Under the pieces are notes generated by a model. It did no database searches. It was not told the DNA's origin and was given only the letters and a program-made list of their open reading frames with translations. A DNA stretch of 64,000 bases from Candidatus Nomurabacteria bacterium (lineage in GTDB: Bacteria; Patescibacteriota; Minisyncoccia; Phycocordibacterales; UBA918), in assembly GCA_020632095.1 (NCBI GenBank), contig JACKGF010000002.1, positions 144,502 to 208,501 of the forward strand. The letters are read 5' to 3'. The number at the start of each line of letters is the position of its first letter. The stretch's first letter is position 1. Position numbers and translations under genes: made by a program. Shown here one piece after another: positions 60,037 through 64,000 of the stretch.

Positions 60037-61797
60037 TTATTTATTCTGACTAGCACCACTTGGCCCCGCCTCATTCGTTCTAGTTCCAGTTGGTCTAACC
60101 CCTGGCTCCCCGCCACCCCGACTAAATCCAGCCTGTTGAACCACAGACTGTTCAGTTGTTTCAGTTAGTGAAGAAGTAACCACCATATCCCCCACTTCAA
60201 GACCATTCAGAATCTCTACATAATATTGACCAACAATACCAACTTCTACAGGTACAGTGTATGTAGAAAGCGTATTACCTTCAGTCCGCACGATACCCAT
60301 TTTAGCGACTTGTTGTTTTTGGATATCAGTCAATTGATCAACCACAGTAACCTTTGGTGTCCCCTGTTCGTAAGTTATAGCTGAAGTTGGGATCCTGAGG
60401 GTGTCACTATTTTCTTTTTCTACAACTTCAATATTAGCTAACATACCCTCTCGTAACACAATTTCGGCTATGGTTCGATCGTAGTCGAGCAACGCTTGTA
60501 CTTTATACTGTGCTACCCCGCTCGATTCTGGTATTGAACTAATTTGGGTGACGCTAGCTTCAAAGACTGGTTGATTTGCAAACGAAGTCACCGTTACCTT
60601 TACCTTCTGTCCGACGTGAATTTTTGAAACATCAGTTGCACCCAAGGTAAAGGTAGTTAAGAATTCGTCGGATATAAGAACACCAAGATTTATACTATCG
60701 CTCGTACCGCCAGTTGGCGTTGCTCCAGCCACTACATTTTCCATTCCTTCAACAGTTCCAGAAAAAGGAGCGATAATATCTCTTTCCTGCACGACATCAT
60801 AATTTTGTGACAACCTTTGTCTTGCTTCCGCTAAGGTTGTTTCAGCCTTATTTATATCTAGATTTCGGTAATTATTTGAATCAGTTAATTGTAGATCTTT
60901 GAGCTCTTGTTCAGCGTTCACTAAACTAACCTTGGTATCGGTAATGGTCTTTTGTAGATCAGCCACTGCTTTATCATAATTCTCCTTTGTTTCAGAGTAG
61001 GTTGCAATTGATGAATTTGGCACTTGGACAACCCACTTATCGTTAGTCTTAGTGTTATTAGGAAAAGTAATTTTTAAACCACGCGTTCCTAGATCAACTG
61101 CTTTGCCAAATATCACTGACTCCGTGACACTTTCGAGACCATTCACTCGAAACGAATACCCTGAATCAGCATTTGAAGAATAAACATCAATGACATACTG
61201 TCCAGACTCATCACTCACGTATCGGCCAGTCAAAACTGGTTCAGTCCGATCGTTAAGAGCGTCTTGTCGATCAGGATGTGCTACAACTTCTAAATCTTCA
61301 TTGAGGAAATCTCGGTAGCTATCATCAATCTCTTGCTCTGTATCAATGATAGTTTTCTTATAACCAGCGATTTGATTTTCTTTAGTTCTGATTTGAGCAT
61401 TTGGGTCATCCGCATTTGCTCGCTCTTGTTCTAAACTCAGCTCAGCCTCGGCCACTGACACTAACGCTGACTTAGTATCAACATAAGCATCATTTTTATC
61501 AAAAGAAATGAGCACATCCCCAGCAGAAACATGACTACCATTCTGAATGTTTACCACATCAATCCGGCTGAGTTTTTTATAAATATCGATATCAAGTTTT
61601 TGGGCCGCTATAATATTGCCAGTAGTTTGAATACCAGAAGTTACAGCACCTCGTTCCACTGTACTCACAGCACTGAATGAAATAGCACTAGCCGGATCAA
61701 CCGCCTTATGGCCGAAAAAATAATAAACTCCACCGGCAAAAACCAGTACAATTATTAGGTACCATTTAATGGTTTTTATAAAAGTTAAAATTTTCAT
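60037..61797 (-). CDS. efflux periplasmic adaptor (HlyD/MacA-type membrane fusion protein)
   Basis: N-terminal TM, biotinyl/lipoyl-like beta hairpins flanking long coiled coils, C-terminal beta-barrel. Confidence 0.7.
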   Translation of the reverse strand: MKILTFIKTIKWYLIIVLVFAGGVYYFFGHKAVDPASAISFSAVSTVERGAVTSGIQTTGNIIAAQKLDIDIYKKLSRIDVVNIQNGSHVSAGDVLISFDKNDAYVDTKSALVSVAEAELSLEQERANADDPNAQIRTKENQIAGYKKTIIDTEQEIDDSYRDFLNEDLEVVAHPDRQDALNDRTEPVLTGRYVSDESGQYVIDVYSSNADSGYSFRVNGLESVTESVIFGKAVDLGTRGLKITFPNNTKTNDKWVVQVPNSSIATYSETKENYDKAVADLQKTITDTKVSLVNAEQELKDLQLTDSNNYRNLDINKAETTLAEARQRLSQNYDVVQERDIIAPFSGTVEGMENVVAGATPTGGTSDSINLGVLISDEFLTTFTLGATDVSKIHVGQKVKVTVTSFANQPVFEASVTQISSIPESSGVAQYKVQALLDYDRTIAEIVLREGMLANIEVVEKENSDTLRIPTSAITYEQGTPKVTVVDQLTDIQKQQVAKMGIVRTEGNTLSTYTVPVEVGIVGQYYVEILNGLEVGDMVVTSSLTETTEQSVVQQAGFSRGGGEPGVRPTGTRTNEAGPSGASQNK

Positions 61798-61799
61798 AT

Positions 61800-62603
61800 T
61801 TATTCAATTACCGGGTTAACTAATACTGGTTCTGTTTGATCATTTTTAAAGGATTGTGGTCTGTTCATTTCACTATCAAAATCACCCCTTCTCATATTTG
61901 GTCTAAATTGACGGTGATTATCAACAGTAGCTGGCCTAACACCAAAAGCGTAAACAGTGTCTTCCTTTCGTTCACCAAATACTAGCACCTCGGCTCCAAT
62001 TGAGATAACTACATCTGGCGGCATTTTAGTTTCTCTACTAACATCAACCAGCAACTCTTCTTCACTGTCTGTATCCAGGACAAATCCACCAGCCCTGACA
62101 CCAATAATTTTACCCTGTACCATACCAGGGGGACGCTGCTGGTCTGAATCTTGATAAAAAGATCTTAGCCCGGGCACATGATGTTGTTCAGAAAAAGACT
62201 GCATTCGCTCATGAAAACCATAGAACTGAATCAAGGATGAAACCATAATCACAAACAAGACTACCCCCACCATCGAGTACACCAAAGGTTTTCGATAACT
62301 AAACGAAAAGTGACTAACCAGTATGTAAAGCAATAATATAAATAATCCTAGGATTGACAGTAACAACCAAGGAGTACCGACCACGAACATCATCATTCCT
62401 CGATAACCAAACTGTGGAGCTAACCATAGACCACTTTTATGTAGCGTAAATATTACAAAACTAAAAAGATAAACCGCCACTAACGAAACAATCACGATTC
62501 CAACCATCATCAATGCTGTTTTAAATACAAAGTGCCAACGTGGTTGCATGTTTACCTCGCCGTCTTTAATTTTTTGGATAATTTTACTTGCTAAATTATT
62601 CAT
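61800..62603 (-). CDS. membrane protein, putative anti-sigma factor
   Basis: 4 TM helices; start overlaps ECF sigma stop by 8 nt. Confidence 0.4.
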   Translation of the reverse strand: MNNLASKIIQKIKDGEVNMQPRWHFVFKTALMMVGIVIVSLVAVYLFSFVIFTLHKSGLWLAPQFGYRGMMMFVVGTPWLLLSILGLFILLLYILVSHFSFSYRKPLVYSMVGVVLFVIMVSSLIQFYGFHERMQSFSEQHHVPGLRSFYQDSDQQRPPGMVQGKIIGVRAGGFVLDTDSEEELLVDVSRETKMPPDVVISIGAEVLVFGERKEDTVYAFGVRPATVDNHRQFRPNMRRGDFDSEMNRPQSFKNDQTEPVLVNPVIE

Positions 62604-63150
62604 AGAGTTTTTTTAAGGTTTGTTTTAGTTTATTTTTTGCTCTCAAAATACGGACTCCGACTGTGGTAATCGGTATCTGCATGATGTCACTGATTTCTTG
62701 ATAACTGAACTCATCAAAATAATGGAGAATAATTACTTCACGGTATTTGGGAGCCAGTTTTGCTAAGTGTAATTCCATCTCACCTTTTAACTCCGTTTCT
62801 AGCACCTGATCATCAGAGCTCTCCTTGGCTGGTAATTGTGGCAATAATACATCCGCCTCGAACACTCCTAAACTAAAGCGACTTTTCCGCTTTAATTCAT
62901 TCACGAAAGTATTGTGCGCTATTCTGTATAGCCAAGGTGAAAATCGTAAACTAGTATCAAAAGATTGTAGATTTGAATAAGCTTTAATAAACACATCTTG
63001 CACCAAATCTTCTATATCTTCCTGACAGGAAAGAAACTTACGAGCATATCGCATCATTTTTGGTTCATAGCGGAGTACTAATTCGCCGAAATCATAAATG
63101 TTTCCAGCCTGTACCACAGCCGCGATTTCTTCGTCTGTTCTTTCAGTCAT
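62596..63150 (-). CDS. ECF-subfamily RNA polymerase sigma factor
   Basis: region 2 (DLVQDVFIKAY) and region 4 HTH (YQEISDIMQIPITTVGVRILRAKNKL). Confidence 0.8.
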   Translation of the reverse strand: MTERTDEEIAAVVQAGNIYDFGELVLRYEPKMMRYARKFLSCQEDIEDLVQDVFIKAYSNLQSFDTSLRFSPWLYRIAHNTFVNELKRKSRFSLGVFEADVLLPQLPAKESSDDQVLETELKGEMELHLAKLAPKYREVIILHYFDEFSYQEISDIMQIPITTVGVRILRAKNKLKQTLKKLYE

Positions 63151-63253
63151 ACCGTCTTTAGATAATACAACGTTTCTTGAGTTTTATTACAAAAAGTCCG
63201 GATTTTATCCGGACTTTTTGACTAACGTTTGGGAATTGCGGAGCTTAGTCTGA

Positions 63254-63829
63254 CTACCGATTCATCATATGTGAACCTGGGCCACCAAAACCATCTCGCA
63301 TACCTCCTTCCTTTCCTTCACTATCACCTCTTCCATAACCATCTCCCCGACCTTCACCTCTTCCCCCTAATCCTTCTCCTCTCTCAACTCCTAATTCAGT
63401 GAATATTTCTTCTGCTCCATCACGATCTCCAGACTGCATTAGTCCATGAGCTTCAATAAACTTTTCAAAGTCTGCTTCTGAAGTAATTTTATCTGCCATC
63501 GGAGAGTCTGTTACAGCCGTTAAGAAGGCTTGATAGTCGTTATTTTCAATAGCTGTTTGCACAGCTTCACGATGAACCTCACGTTCCTCATTCATAGCTG
63601 TTTGAATTTCTCTCATTTTAGTTTCATCTACTCCGGCCTTTTCCAACACTTGTCTGGCTTCATCGTTTGCGGTCTGTCTAATTTCACGAGCTTGCTCAAA
63701 GGCACTAACTTGCGTGTCAGTTAAATCGACATTAGAATTTTGAAGCCAACCGCTACCTGTAAAGGCGCTGGCTCCAGTTACAGTAACAGCAAAAGCTGCT
63801 AAGGGAATCATTATTTTTTTCAACATCAT
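63254..63829 (-). CDS. hypothetical secreted protein (LTxxQ motif, Gly/Arg-rich tail)
   Basis: signal peptide; LTDTQVSAFEQAR resembles CpxP/Spy LTxxQ; C-terminal GEGRGDGYGRGD repeats; terminator 63193-63222. Confidence 0.4.
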   Translation of the reverse strand: MMLKKIMIPLAAFAVTVTGASAFTGSGWLQNSNVDLTDTQVSAFEQAREIRQTANDEARQVLEKAGVDETKMREIQTAMNEEREVHREAVQTAIENNDYQAFLTAVTDSPMADKITSEADFEKFIEAHGLMQSGDRDGAEEIFTELGVERGEGLGGRGEGRGDGYGRGDSEGKEGGMRDGFGGPGSHMMNR

Positions 63830-64000
63830 ATTTTATGTAATTGTTTCTAATTTTCTAAAGAGTTTTCTTTTAAGCGCTTTGCGAAGTCCAAGGGCAAGAG
63901 AGCTGGTTTGCATCTTTGTATTTTTATCAACAATTAATTTTTCCGAAACCAAACCCCTGCCTCACTTATTACTACAACTAGATGAGCTTATTATTACAAT

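Noticed and set aside
60033-60116. N-terminal 28-residue extension of the ABC ATPase ORF
   Set aside because: It would overlap the upstream MFP gene by 80 nt. The internal Met, followed directly by the Walker A region, gives a standard size.

Overview
This is a low-GC bacterial chromosomal window that is about 90 % coding and mostly on the minus strand. Housekeeping genes include pyrG, ftsEX, prfB, gatCA-ligA, a two-component system, MntR/NRAMP Mn transport, and an ECF sigma factor with a MacAB-like efflux module. There is a complete type IV pilus/competence locus: minor pilins, pilD, two pilins, pilC, pilT, a CheY-like regulator, pilB, pilMNO and comF. Four tRNA genes are present, and one of them, tRNA-Thr(GGU), carries a 192-nt group-I-like intron in its anticodon loop. 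The most unusual region is a ~8.5 kb accessory island at 8.5-17.1 kb. It sits on the 3' end of a tRNA-Gln-like gene and is bounded by an 18-bp direct repeat of that tRNA end (10941-10958 and 17019-17036). It encodes a CRESS-DNA-virus/circovirus-type rolling-circle Rep (HUH motifs CFTIHNY / HIQGY / YSSKEG plus an SF3 helicase domain). Immediately upstream of Rep is a canonical origin stem-loop with the nonanucleotide TAGTATTAC in the loop (14510-14540). The element also carries a large serine recombinase whose 3' end runs into the tRNA/att site, an XRE regulator, and a two-gene cassette (a DUF2726 nuclease-like protein plus a coiled-coil 2-TM protein) that may be a phage-defence module. Just outside the element is an OLD-family ATPase/TOPRIM nuclease, bracketed by about 75-bp and 27-bp direct repeats that are split around the attL copy. 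Other oddities are a second ori-like motif at 5.37 kb, a 520-bp structured non-coding region with a 26-bp perfect palindrome and a bipartite repeat motif, a membrane-anchored HEPN-like protein after gatA, an ApbE gene with a split ferric-reductase-like pair, an unannotated rubredoxin, and a 41-codon ORF with textbook expression signals. No CRISPR array, rRNA or transposase was seen. All calls are from motif recognition by eye; no database searches were run.
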